Position numbers and translations under genes: made by a program. From assembly GCA_050230475.1 (NCBI GenBank), contig JBFLGF010000178.1, positions 1-64,000 of the forward strand: a stretch of DNA of 64,000 nt. The letters run 5' to 3'. The notes under the pieces were generated by a model. The model saw only the letters and a list, made by a program, of their open reading frames with translations, ran no database searches and was not told the origin of the DNA. The DNA comes from Ancylonema sp. (lineage: Eukaryota). Positions 24,930 through 37,326 of this stretch are shown here, piece by piece; position 1 is the first letter of the stretch; each line of letters opens with the position of its first letter.

Positions 24930-26102
24930 TAGGGTTAGGCAACCTTCAAAACTAAAGCAATTTAAGACCCTTAATTAAGGTTTTTAAGTTAAGGTTTTAA
25001 ACCCCTTTGATATTCGGACCCTTCGAAAGCCTTAAAATGTTGTCCCTTCAAAACCCTTTAAATGTTGTGCCTTATTCTTGGCGTAGAATTAAAGCAAGCT
25101 GGTGGAAGCGATGGCAGTGCCAAACAGTCTACGTTGCACGTGGTTGAAGGAGAATCTCTACCGTTTGATGAGGAGAAGCTGCCAAAATTTCACAAAACTT
25201 CAGGCGACCCTGTCAGCCAATCATCCAGATGTTTCCAATCATCCAGATGTTTCATGAGCTAGAGTTGGAAGGATTAGAAAGCATCCATAATGTTTCAGAA
25301 GTGATTAGGAAGACGAAGTTGTCAAAAATATTTGGGCCGCTGTCGGTCTTGAATGGCACAAACGTGGACACCGTTAAGGGACAAGAGTACGTGGGTAAAC
25401 ATGGTTCTATCGTCCTTGAGCCCTAGTGTGTCGTTGAATCAAATGCCTTTCGTAGTTCAAGAGTTGTTGTTTAAGGAGGCAGAGTCTATCGATTATAGGA
25501 AAATGCATTGGTGGAATCTTTTTGTGCTCTCGAGAACGAGGGTGCATGCGTTTGCAAGATGGTATAACACATTTAGAGTGTAAGTTAAACTTCTATTTCA
25601 TGAGTTTTTAAAATGTTTTTAGACTCGTCTTATAAAGATCGAGAGTCATTTCCTTTTTGGGATGAGATAGAAATGAGAGCAACAGAATTTGTGATGTCCT
25701 GTCGTGGTCTATAAGCATTATTATGCCTTTTATCACTATTTATCCACATCGTGGAATTGCCTCAAGACATAGTAGTTATGGTTACCAACTGAGTCATCGC
25801 TTTCCTTAGACATGTATGTGCATGAGAATAACAAAGTTGTATGAAGAGATGATATACAATGACAAGTCACAATATATTACACACATCAATGAGGGTTTGC
25901 AGATCAACATATATGATTTTGTGTGAAACGTTATTTTTCTTCATAATTGACAGTTTTTAAGGTCGCCAATGAGTTTCAGTGGTTTGATTTGGCTCCGAAA
26001 ACACCTCGTTGGTGGGTTATTAACAAGTGGTTTTTAAGATTTAAAGCTTTGAAGGTTATAAATGGACCGGGGGGGTTTTAAAGGCTTCAAAACCCAACCC
26101 TA
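24930..26102. mobile_element. Non-autonomous hAT-superfamily DNA transposon
   Basis: Termini TAGGGTT...AACCCTA with a perfect 8-bp TSD CTTTGTAC (24922-24929, 26103-26110). Confidence 0.85.
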
Positions 26103-26275
26103 CTTTGTACCGTTCCGCTTGTACGTTTAAAACGATGTACCGGTATATCGAACTACCGGTTTATCAGGTCGCCCAGAAAAATCCTCCTTTCCATCTCTCT
26201 GCGGGCACCTCGTACTTGGACAACTTTCACTGTCTGAGTAATAACCATAACAGGGGTCTCTCAGACGAACGTGCA

Positions 26276-29114
26276 ATGGCTGGTTTCGTAGAGAGAGCAG
26301 TGCTCCTTTCAGTAGTGCCGCCGATGGACTGCTTCCGAGTTCGACAAACGACCCAGCCGCAAAGAGTTCTCTTATCTCAAGTTCGGTCATCTCTCTCCGA
26401 TGGCCACATTTCAAAAGAGACGCTGTCCCGTAAGTAAACGAGCCTTATTTCACATTCCTTTCATGCAACCCATCACATACAAAGAATTTTGTTGTACTGA
26501 GGTGGTTGTTAAACATTTTTTGCCGTATGCATACATATGCACAAATTTAGACTGCTGGTTTGCATCAGCCGCGATTAAGACAAGGGTGTGCCGGTGTGGC
26601 ACCAGGTGCTGGAAGGAATGCAGTTGCCGCATTTGCGGCTGCTGTAGTTATTGGAGGGGGTATGCCGGCAGGCGCTGAGCTAAACAAGTTCGAAGCCGAC
26701 ACCCGCGGCGAGTTTGGAATCGGCAGTGCAGCACAATATGGCTCCGCAGATCTCAGGTTCGCAATGATAGGAAACCGAGCAATTGCTGCACCCCACCGTG
26801 TCAGGGACTGATGTGCTGCAATTGTGGCACGGGAACACAGAAAACCTGGGCTGTCGTTCACAGCAAATTGAGCCACTCAATGTCGAGCATGGGATTCCAA
26901 TACACCAATGCAGACCCATGTTCTTTGAAAATGTTACTAACTTGCCTGCTTTGGGCACTCGCGTTTGTGGTGCAGGAAGACTGTCCACTCCCACGAGAAC
27001 TTTCGGCAAGTCTCCATTTATCATTTAATACACAGATTACCTCTTTCCTCTTCCTTGTTTTTGGCGTGAGCATGTGGTGCAAGTGTTACGAAAAACATAA
27101 GACGCTTAAAATCATATATTAGGTAGCAAACAGACTTCAATGAATGAATTTTCTGAATGCGTCTTCACGCGCCAAAGTCACTTTACTCTGCAGCAAGGCA
27201 CATACAGTATCTCACTTGGAGAGACAATGGATTATCATCTCCCAGGCTTCGTTTTGCACTATACATAAATAGAAAATTATGATCAGGATCTATCAGAAGG
27301 TACTCTGTCTGCATGTGTTGAATATGAGACAGCCACGAGGCAAGTGCATGGCTGAAAGGACCGCGAGAATTCATAGAGCACTTTCATGGTGGTCCCTCGC
27401 TGAAGTGCTTGACGTGCAATTAAAATGATAGCCTCAGCATCCGTTCAGTCTCACCCATGTCTCATGCCATTTCTAATCGCCACTTTCTACAAGGCAATGC
27501 TAGAGACTATACTTTTTTCCTTTCTTGTCCTTCCCTCTTCCACCTGCCACAGGAGAGCCAATTTCACGTCCGCCGACATGCGTGAGGCGGATTTTAGCGG
27601 CAGCCTGTTCACCGGGGGGTACCTAGAAAAGGCAGTGGCGTTTCGCGCAAACTTTGCAGGTAGGCGGTATGCCCTCTGAGGTGGGAGGTACTTATGGGAA
27701 GGCGTAGCTGTAACATATCATCCCCACGGTGGCCCAGATTTGTAGACATAGAAGAGATAGGAGAGATAGAGGACTGGCAGCTGCACTGTCTTGGTTGACA
27801 GCTGGAGTCCCTGTTGGTCGTCAGCGGGAACATTCATCTGTCGACAAATACCACATTGCACCTCAACGTTGATGCTGTGGAAAGTGAAAGATTTGTGGCC
27901 TGTCCTGTGTGTTCGTCGAGTAGCCTGAATGTTGCAACCCGGCCGTCTTTCGTCGCCAGGATTAGGAAAAGATGGCTGGACTATTTGTGACTTGGCCTCC
28001 CATATTTTCCTTGTTACTGTCATGAGTGAATACTCTGGCTGCCTCGCGAGTCTCATGTCGGTGGGACACATTGACAGTTCAGAATTCCTGAGAATTGGGT
28101 GACGTGGGGTGGGTTGTAGGTGCGGATTTCAGCGATGCGCTTATGGATCGTATGGTGAGCACATACCTTGGAGCATGGAGGCAGGCAGACACACGTAGAA
28201 ATGTAGATCAACAGAACCGAGCAGCGGAATTGTACAGCTGCTGAAGACCGCATTTCGTGTGAAAGCTGTGTCCTTGTATGGCCAAAACATACTTTGCTAG
28301 TGCAAAGTATGTTTGTCCCAATATCTTGTCCCAGTATGTTTGTTGCAATATCTTGTAGTGCCTTTTCGGGCTGAGAATTACACACTCGGTGTCACAAGAA
28401 AACAGTCACCAGACTGTACCAGGATCATTTGTCATTTCTTGTCCCGCAGTGCATGAAAAGCAAGGACCAGAGTGTATGTCTTTCAAACAAAAATGTGAGG
28501 CTGTGAAAATCAGTACAGTTAATTCGGGATCGGATCACTGAGCATTGTTGCGTCCCTCCTCACTCTCTCCTATCAATTATGGCCTCCCGACCAAACGCTA
28601 GTGTGCGCCCTTCGTATGCAGGTTTTGAATGAGGCCGATTTGAGGGATGCCATTCTAGTCCGTACAGTGCTCACGAGGAGCGATTTGGGGAATGCCAAAA
28701 TCGAGGGCGCGGATTTCAGCGACGCAGTGTTGGATCTTCTCCAAAAGCAGGTACCATTTTTTATTTTTTTTCAATGCACGTGTGTCTTTCAAATTCTGGT
28801 ATTATGTTAGAGATTGTCCGCTAGAAATGGTGATGTTCTCACAACGTTTGGATGCTTTTACAGAAAAAATAGCTTTTGCGGGTACAAATTCTGATCTGGG
28901 TAGGATGGTGCAGGCTTTGTGCAAGTATGCATCTGGCACCAACTCGACGACAGGCATGTCAACCAGAACTAGTCTCGGATGTGGAAATCGAAAGGGGAAC
29001 GCATACGGAACTCCCTCTGCCCCGGAACTGAGCGGCGCACCCAAAGTCAAACTTCTTGATAGGAATGGGTTTTGCGATGAATCTAGCGGGCAATGCAATG
29101 CCACCTACAAGTAG
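26276..29114 (+). CDS. Thylakoid lumenal pentapeptide-repeat protein, TL20.3-like (about 7 exons)
   Basis: Transit-like N-terminus; AELNKFEADTRGEFGIGSAAQYGSADL|RKTVHSHENFR|RANFTSADMREADFSGS..|ADFSDALMDRM|VLNEADLRDAILVRTVLTRSDLG..|ALCKYASGTN..TRTSLGCGN. Confidence 0.92.
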
Positions 29115-29134
29115 AAGAGTTCAATTTTACATTA

Positions 29135-29206
29135 TTTTCTTGTTTTCTTGTTTTCTTGTTTTCTTGTTTTCTTGTTTTCTTGTTTTCTTGTTTTCTTGTT
29201 TTCTTG
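29135..29206. repeat. (TTTTCTTG)9 microsatellite in the 3' UTR
   Basis: Direct read of the 8-bp unit. Confidence 0.9.
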
Positions 29207-30444
29207 TCTTCAAACGGGGATGTCTTTGTGTCTCATGTATGTAGACATTAGTTGATGTAAGCTTAGCTAGCGTGGTTGGTCGTGGTGTGTGTCTAAATTG
29301 TGTCAATATTTTTTTCATGTGTGATTCCTTTTTGTTGAAGTCGTATTGGGCGTATTGGTCTTTGTATGTCGTACACGTCGGTTTAATATTTTGAAGTTAT
29401 GTTGTTGGCCGTCATGCACTTGTATACTTGTACAAATGGTACTCGGAAATGTATGCGGAAATCGAGCACGTGGAGCTTTCACACGCTTGCTATGACAAGT
29501 AGGAGAGGTAGGTGTTTCGACAATAATGTACCCATAGTTACCCGGAAGACGGATAGGGGTCAGATCGGTTTCGACTCCACAGAGAGGTCAGGCGAAAATG
29601 TCAGACCGACAATAGAATGGTACTTTCCTCTCGTATATTGGGGTTTAAGAGATCATCCGAGCGGGAATAGTCTTGGGAGGACTATGTTCTGACTCATCCA
29701 AAAATGTTTACTCATCCGTGATGGTAAATCATTGTGTTCGACGAATTCCCGGGACGTCTACTTTTCCCCGACAAATGACAAAGAAAAAACAACAATTGGG
29801 ATGGTGGTCTGAGCGGGTCCTGCTGACGGACCCGTATGGACCACGGTTCAAAACCCAAAAGATGTCGGTCCACCCAAATATGGGTGTACATACATCTAGC
29901 TTGATCTGCAGGTTGCATACATGTGTTCGTGCAAAGTGTCGGCTTCACTAGCATATTTGCATATATGTGACGTCATCCACATAGTGACAACCACAAGACT
30001 GACCACGATTGATTGTGTGTTGAAGGAGGAATCGATGCATGATAGCTAGTGCTTGGTACAAATTCAATAAAAGAACCGGGCAGAAACACGGAATCTAACA
30101 ACGCAATAGGTGAATGGTTTGTGCCATAATGGCAGGTCCCTTTGATGTTTCTTACTTCTCTCTAGAAAGGTGTAAACTTATATTCCCTTATCACCCATTT
30201 CAATATCAGAAAAGAGTACCCTAGTGCATGAGCAATGCAACCTAGAAATAGCACCTTGCAAATATTTTGATTACAATGTATTTGATTTACAGAGCTCTTG
30301 AAGGACAACCTCGATTTATATTTCGGCATGAGTTTAAGTGTCATCAAACATTTGCAGCTCCAGTCTTATACTCCGCTCTGTTTGCACTAAGTCCATCCGC
30401 TAAAATGTATGGCGCAAGAAGTTCCCACTCCTCATGGTTGAGAC

Positions 30445-32712
30445 TCTCAACTTACGCGCTGCAAATGCCCAATCATATTGTTGACTCGTCTAGTCATCCC
30501 GATAGCCTAACCCACCCAACACTAATCGATATCCTAGTCACGTCTATCAATATACTGGAATCTTCTTTCAATTGATTTCTTGTACACGAATCAAACTGTC
30601 GGTATACGAAAAAAACAAAACCTCTTTCCAAAATAGCCCCTAATATGTCGATACCGTAAAATTTCATTTTTCAATTACCTCCAATAATGATTGCACGACG
30701 CGTTGAACGGGTGTGACTCGGGCCAAGTCCAACTTGACATTTTTGTATTTTTTTCATCGATACATCGATAACTTGTCGTAATATGAAAAATACGGAATTT
30801 GGTGTGACTGTGTATAATGTGGTCGTTATTATTGGAGACAAACATCATGCGAACCGGGATCCTCCGGACAGGGGTGTCGAAGAAATGGATGATCGATACT
30901 GGCGCCTCCGACCACGGTTGTTGCGACTTCCAATCATCTCATACCCTCGAGAGCGTCGACGAAGAAATCACCCTACACTTCGTGAGTGGGAGCATCTAGG
31001 TGACACACGTCGGGACATTCCTATTGGAGGTCGACGGCGAATTCGGCAAGATGCTCACGCACCTGTGTGGAGTATTCTATATCCCCGGCGGAGAAATGAA
31101 CTTGATTTCGGTGCAGCGCCGGAGGGAGAGCGACATCACCCCGGACTGGCGACTCCGATACAAGAAGGTGGTCCTCGGCAAGCCATGGGACCCGGAATTA
31201 AGAGAAGTACAAACTCCCGACGATCGATTCTACCAAGTGACCATACGGACGGAGGATGAGCAGTTCCGTTCATACCTCGACTGTCGAGTGGAGCACAAGT
31301 GGGAGTACAAAGGACTATGTCATTTGTATGTGCACGAGGATTTTTGCAGAAGAGAGAGAGATGTGTTTTAGGGTGGGGATCTGAGGGGTGGAACATTGCA
31401 GAACGAGCATACGCAGAAGGATACACAGAACCGCTACCCATGACAAGAGACTTGCCAGATCGCATAATCACAAGATACATCATCAGGGTATCCATGATGC
31501 TAACAAACCTCAGTGAGATCAGCAGTGAGAGGGTGGAGCCGAATTAGTCAGTTCAAAGGACAGTGTGCAAAGATGGATCGGTGATATTGCAGAGGTCTGG
31601 GACGAATGAGAACATCGATGAGCAAGTGGGGGACGATTTCCGAATTACCATGGTAAGCAAGCAGGTGTTCAGTTACGATGACGAGGAGGAAGAGTTAGTC
31701 ATGAAGGTGAAGCCAGATCCAAAGAAAAAGGAAGACGGAGAAGAAAATCCAGATCTGGTGGACGAGAGTGAAGAAGAGGAAAACGAGCGAAAGTAGCGAG
31801 GTGCAGATCTGGAGGCAAAACAGGAGAACTAGATAACCTTGGAAAAGGGGCATGGAGGTGTTGGCACATCGAGAAGGAGAAAGGCATCTAAAGGTGAACG
31901 TCGACGACAGAGGGCACTCTTAGGGACAGGCTTCATGGGAACAAACGATGGGGGAGCAAGGTACCAGACGAACAGGATGCATTTCCTCTACATCCCAGCG
32001 AGAGCCGAGAGGATCGATGTCCAAGCAAGAATCCAAAGGATCGAGATGACTCTGGAGACGATGGGGCACCCAGAGATGATAAGAAGAGCCACTGATCAGA
32101 GTAATAAGGAGCATGGACAATATATCGATGATTAGATTTTTGTGAAAAAGTATGTGACAAGAATGACAATATGATGTTCGAAAAGTGAGGAGTTGAGACA
32201 ATCCGATGGGGGGATAAAAAAATTGGGTGGTAGAATGAGCAATGAGAAGATTTGTTTCATAATGAGAGAAGTCAATAAAAATGAGATGTGAGAAAGTGAG
32301 AAGAAGAGAGTTGACTTTGAGACATGAGTTATTTTTGTACAATAAAGGTGTGAACTGTATAGAAATTAGTAAGAGACAAAGACTTTATAAGTTTTTGGAT
32401 TAGGGGGTTAATTTTTGTGAGTGGGATTGGAAACTAGTAAAATTGGGACTTGTTAGCTTTTTCAATAAGGGTGTGTATTGGAGGAAATTGAAAAATGACA
32501 TTTTGCGGTACCGACATATTAGGGGCTATTTTGGAAATAGGAAATATTTGTTTGGTATATCGATAGTTTGATTCGTGCATGAGAAATAAATTGAAGGAAG
32601 ATTCTAGTATGTTGATAGACGTGACTAAGATATCGATAGGGGTTGGATTAGGCTATCGGGATGACTAGTCGAGTGAACAATATGAGTAGACCTTTGCGGC
32701 GCCGTTGAGAAA
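30445..32712. mobile_element. Element bounded by long (about 215-240 bp) imperfect terminal inverted repeats; MULE/foldback-like
   Basis: 30473-30686 is the reverse complement of 32477-32687 (e.g. CTAGTCATCCCGATAGCC / GGCTATCGGGATGACTAG; CCAAAATAGCCCCTAATATGTCG). Outer ends and TSD are not resolved. Confidence 0.75.
30817..31371 (+). pseudogene. Ty1/copia-type aspartic protease domain, one in-frame stop
   Basis: WMIDTGASDH ... (TAG 30997-30999) ... LCGVFYIPGGEMNLISV. Confidence 0.7.
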
Positions 32713-34362
32713 GTTGTACGGTAGTTTGGAATGTTCCAGATCATTTGTAACTCGAGGGATAAAGCATGTATTGGCGACAACCTCTAAGTGATTCTTTCCA
32801 TCCACCATTTCATTTGCAATCGTCTTGCTTTTTGATTTCATGGATGTCACCAGCGATTCGTCAACGTCAATCGATGTATAGGTTGTCGTAAGCGTTAGTC
32901 GATGTTTACTGTCAACAAGCGTCAATCGGTGAATAGGTTGACATAAATAGCGTCATCCGGTGTATAGGCTGTCACCGATGTCTAAATCCGAACAATCATG
33001 AATTACTCGGTAGGAACGATTCACAAGATTGGTAAATTGCAAGTTGCAACCGCTAGGTTGGTTTTTGTAATTCAGTTCGAAAACGTAATCAAATCGAATC
33101 AAACCAAATGCTGATAGAATCTAGATACGTGCGATGGTTGCATAAATTACGACAGCATATTTTTTTTGTGAAGTTCGAGTAACTTCTTGAGTAATACGAT
33201 ACCTACACTCTAACGCAATAAATGTGTATATCGGCATTCACATTGAGCATATTCGCAATTTTTTAGAATTGTCCAACAAGGCAATACACATAAAATAAAT
33301 AAAATCATGATGCCCAAAAACAACAAAATCATTAAACAAATGATATCATAACATTATTTTAGTATATTTATTTAAATAACTATATCCGCCGCAATCTGCC
33401 CATTGACGACTTTTCGACTCATAACTGTGTCACAACCCGCATGTTGCTACGACCAAAATCAATATCGGGGTGCGTAAGCAACTGTGAAAATATCGATTCA
33501 CGACTTATTTATAAATAAAAAAAAAAAAAAAAAAAAAATGTACAAAAAAAGTTTAAAAGTATAGGTGCGCAATCAATTGTAGTTTAGTCGCGGAGGTTAT
33601 ATGTTTCGTAACTTTGCGTAGTGAAAATTACAAAAGTGCAGCTGATGTACATGGCATGTACGTGAGCTTCCTAACATGGCCATTAGGTCCGGTGACATGC
33701 ATCTATTAAAAATTCGAGACATTCGTCCATTATGCGAAACGAACCATTGAGCGCGATGGCTAACAAAGTCTACAGCAATGTAGCGCGATAGATATCGCGC
33801 ATTACACTCCTTCGCTTTCTTCTTCAATGTGTTTTTTTTTCTCGTGAGACAAGTTGCTCAATTTTGTTTTCTTCTCGTCTATCGGAAAGATGTGTAGAAT
33901 CAGTATTCGAATAACGTGTTGATGTTTGAGTACATATTATTTTATCCGGCATTCTCTTTGTTTGATGAAAAAAAGACCGCAATGTTATTATTGGTTTCTA
34001 ATGTCATTTTCTATCTTCATCTTTCAATTCGGTATTTGCACACTCAATCTCACGTATCACCAACAATTACTATCATCATCAAATTGTACATGAATGAGAC
34101 TTACAAATTATAGGCACTAGCACATTACACTACAACGTCATATGACTCAATGTAATAGTTGCACACTCTTCTCTTTCACTCTTCCGTGGCAACAACTTTC
34201 TATAAGCACCAATGCGCAATCATGTGTGTACATATCGTATCAAGTTTCATATCCCACATAGCACCACCAGATTGTCCAACACTGACTGTGAGGGGTCTAC
34301 TTTATTTTTGCGTAGAACGGAAGTAGAAAACCACCGCAATTCCTTCACCATCTAGAATCTGT

Positions 34363-37326
34363 TCACGAAGTAGGAAGGCTAGAACTGTCGAGCACAAACC
34401 GATACCTCACATCACCTTTATGAAGCCTCTCAATGACCTCATTTGTTTTGTCGTATGTTACCATTTCAATCAATGGAGCAATGTCGTGCTGTCCGCAAAA
34501 GTCGAGCATGTCCTGTGTTTCTTTGATGCCGCCGATCATGCTCCCGCCAATCAATTTGCGACCTGGGCCGTACACATTGATCCAATAAACAAAGAAGGTG
34601 CATGCATTTTTACTCAACTTTGTGCCATGAATTATCACCGCTCTAACATGAATAATGGTTGAGGTGTTGTGGTGGCAACCGTACCGCCACCCGACATCCA
34701 ATGCAATAATAAACCGACATTAACACATAAATTGAGAAAAACAAATATGTTTTCTCCTCACCAAAAGTGTTTGCGCGGAATGTGGAAACCGAAATATATT
34801 TTTTTGTGTGGAAAATCGGGCTTTATACCTGTATGCATGGGAGGAGTTTGAAGAGTCATATAGACGTATATTACCATTGATGAGTGTTCCCGCCTTAAGT
34901 TGGTACGGTTCCGGTGGTATGCCTACGACAACATATTTGCCGTCTACTTTGAGAAGCGATAAGTACTGCTCCAAGTCATGCTTGGCGGATACGGTGTCCA
35001 AAATGTAGTCGAGAGTTCCAACCGTCGACTGAAAAACCATGACGTACACATGAGCATTTGTTACAGTCCGGATATATTCCTTTATGTTCACATATTTTTG
35101 TTTCATAAAAAAGTTTTGGTGTTAAACTAGGTGATGATTGACAATTATATATGACTCATATGAGAAACACAAACATACAACTGATTTATACATAAAGCTT
35201 GGTCTACATCCAGCAAACACCCAAACTACGAGGAACATGGCAAAGACGGATCGACGCCAAGAGTCGAACAATCGTCCTAACCAATACAATCGCGGAGAGA
35301 ATGAAAATATTGGCCGTGGTGATGGTGACATCACTCACCTTGAGTTGCTCTTCGTCCTTGGTGACCACGAATGCGTCTGCTTTGAGCAATTCTTTCGCCT
35401 CCTTCTCCTTGCGAGCGCTCGTACTGAGCACCACCACTTTGAGTCCAAGGGCCTTTCCGAAGGCGATGGCCAAATGGCCAAGGCCTAGGAGTTGCAACAA
35501 AGCAAAATTAGCCATTATCATATCATCTCAAGAAACGTAACACATGACAACGGCTTACCGATTTTATTTTATTTATAGAAAGTAGCCTACTTTTGAAGGG
35601 GTTGCCATAGTGATCATCTTGGTTCATGGGTCGATTCCCCTTAAAGAAGAAGCAATCTAATGAGAAGATAGATTCTTTGATTTATCTCAATGGCACGGCC
35701 TAAATAAAAATCAAGTCTTTCACCCACGTTACATTTTTTGTCAACATTCTGGACCTGAACATATGTGTCTGATTGTAGACAATGAAGCTATTGACGTGTA
35801 CGTTTTGGTCCACATACCTCCCAAACCCACCACCCCAAGGGTTTTCCCAGCCTCGTTTAGCCCGAAGTGCATCCTCGGCGAGAAGGTGGTGATGCCCGCG
35901 CACATGAGGGGCCCGGCGGCCATGAGAGAAATATTATCCGGAATTCGTAACACAAACCTGAAATGCGAGGAATCAAAATCAAGGTGATGAGAACTGAGGG
36001 CGGAATATAGATATCGAATCGTAGGTGTATCTCAGAACATTGTTACAAAAAAAACGAACTTGCACGGCTCTTTTCGTACTCGGCAGCAGTTCGTTGTGGT
36101 GGTTTCGCCTTGACTCACTTTTCGTTGCAAACGATTTTGTTCGAATAACCGCCCATAGTATTGGTGCCATCTTTATCCGTACTGTTGTACGTCTGAATGC
36201 ACTTTGTGCAGTACTGCTCCAGATTCTTGTCGCAGGCGTCGCACGACTGGCATGAGTTGACCATACAACCGACTCCCACGTGCTGCGCAACCTTGAAGCG
36301 GGTGACGGAGGATCCAACTTCGCTCACAACGCCAGCGATCTCGTGGCTGCGATTATTAACGCCAGACAGTCTTAAGCATTAGAAGACCAGTGGAGGCCCG
36401 ATTTGCCGTGCAGAGAACGGCTGAATCTTGAATGCCAGAATTTCCCTTCAAGACGTCATTTTCCAGTCAATTTCGACATCGATTTCCTGCGGAAGTTGTG
36501 AAGTCGATCTTGCGATCATCGAGAATACGATACATGGGAATTCTGAAACCAGCTGAACACTGTAAACTGCGATTAGTGGGAACTATGGTTACTGGAATTT
36601 GTGGTTACTGACCCGGGCACCATCGGATAATTCGCACCACCCCACTCGTTTCGCATCTGGTGTATATCAGAATGGCAAATACCGCAAAACTTGATCTCCA
36701 CCTCAACGTCGTCGTCACCAACATTTCTGAGGAGAATTCAAACGGAAATAAGAGATCCTCAAAGTGAAACTTTCTTGGAGCTCGTTATCGCCATGACACA
36801 AAGTCATTTTTTTGGCCGGCCATTTACTAGAGTTAGCGAGTTTGTGTCAGTTTTGTGTTAAAGAACCCGTACATTTACTCAAGCAGATGGCCGGCATGCT
36901 GTGATGAACCTCAAACTGAAGGCATGTGAATGTTTCAGAGCCAGCTTTTTTTCTCATTTCAACCTAGCTGAGTTAATGTCGCATATATGTCACAATGATG
37001 TCGAAATGAATATCCACATCAGAATATACGCATATCCGATAGAATAAGAGCATATATATAAATATTACTAATTTGTCGGCTGTATAGTTGTATTAATGTA
37101 AAAACACCCCTGTATATGTACGTCATGACAGCCCTAATGAACAATACGAAAGATAACGATGACTTAAAGGATCAGCGTAATTGCCAAGAAAGGATAGCGT
37201 AATTGTTCCAAGTCATCGGTGAATTCCTGAGCGGCCGAATTCTGCTTACCTCCTTGAGAATTTGAAGGAGACTAAATGGCCAGCGGTGTCTTGAACAGCA
37301 TAGCCGATCGCATAAGGGGCAGACAT
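34363..37326 (-). CDS. Cinnamyl-alcohol-dehydrogenase-family zinc alcohol dehydrogenase (multi-exon)
   Basis: [89 protein letters not shown]. Confidence 0.93.

Noticed and set aside
32850..32985. Short degenerate repeats (CGTCA..CG.TG.ATAGG.TG)
   Set aside because: Only about 3 weak copies with no boundaries or interpretable structure.
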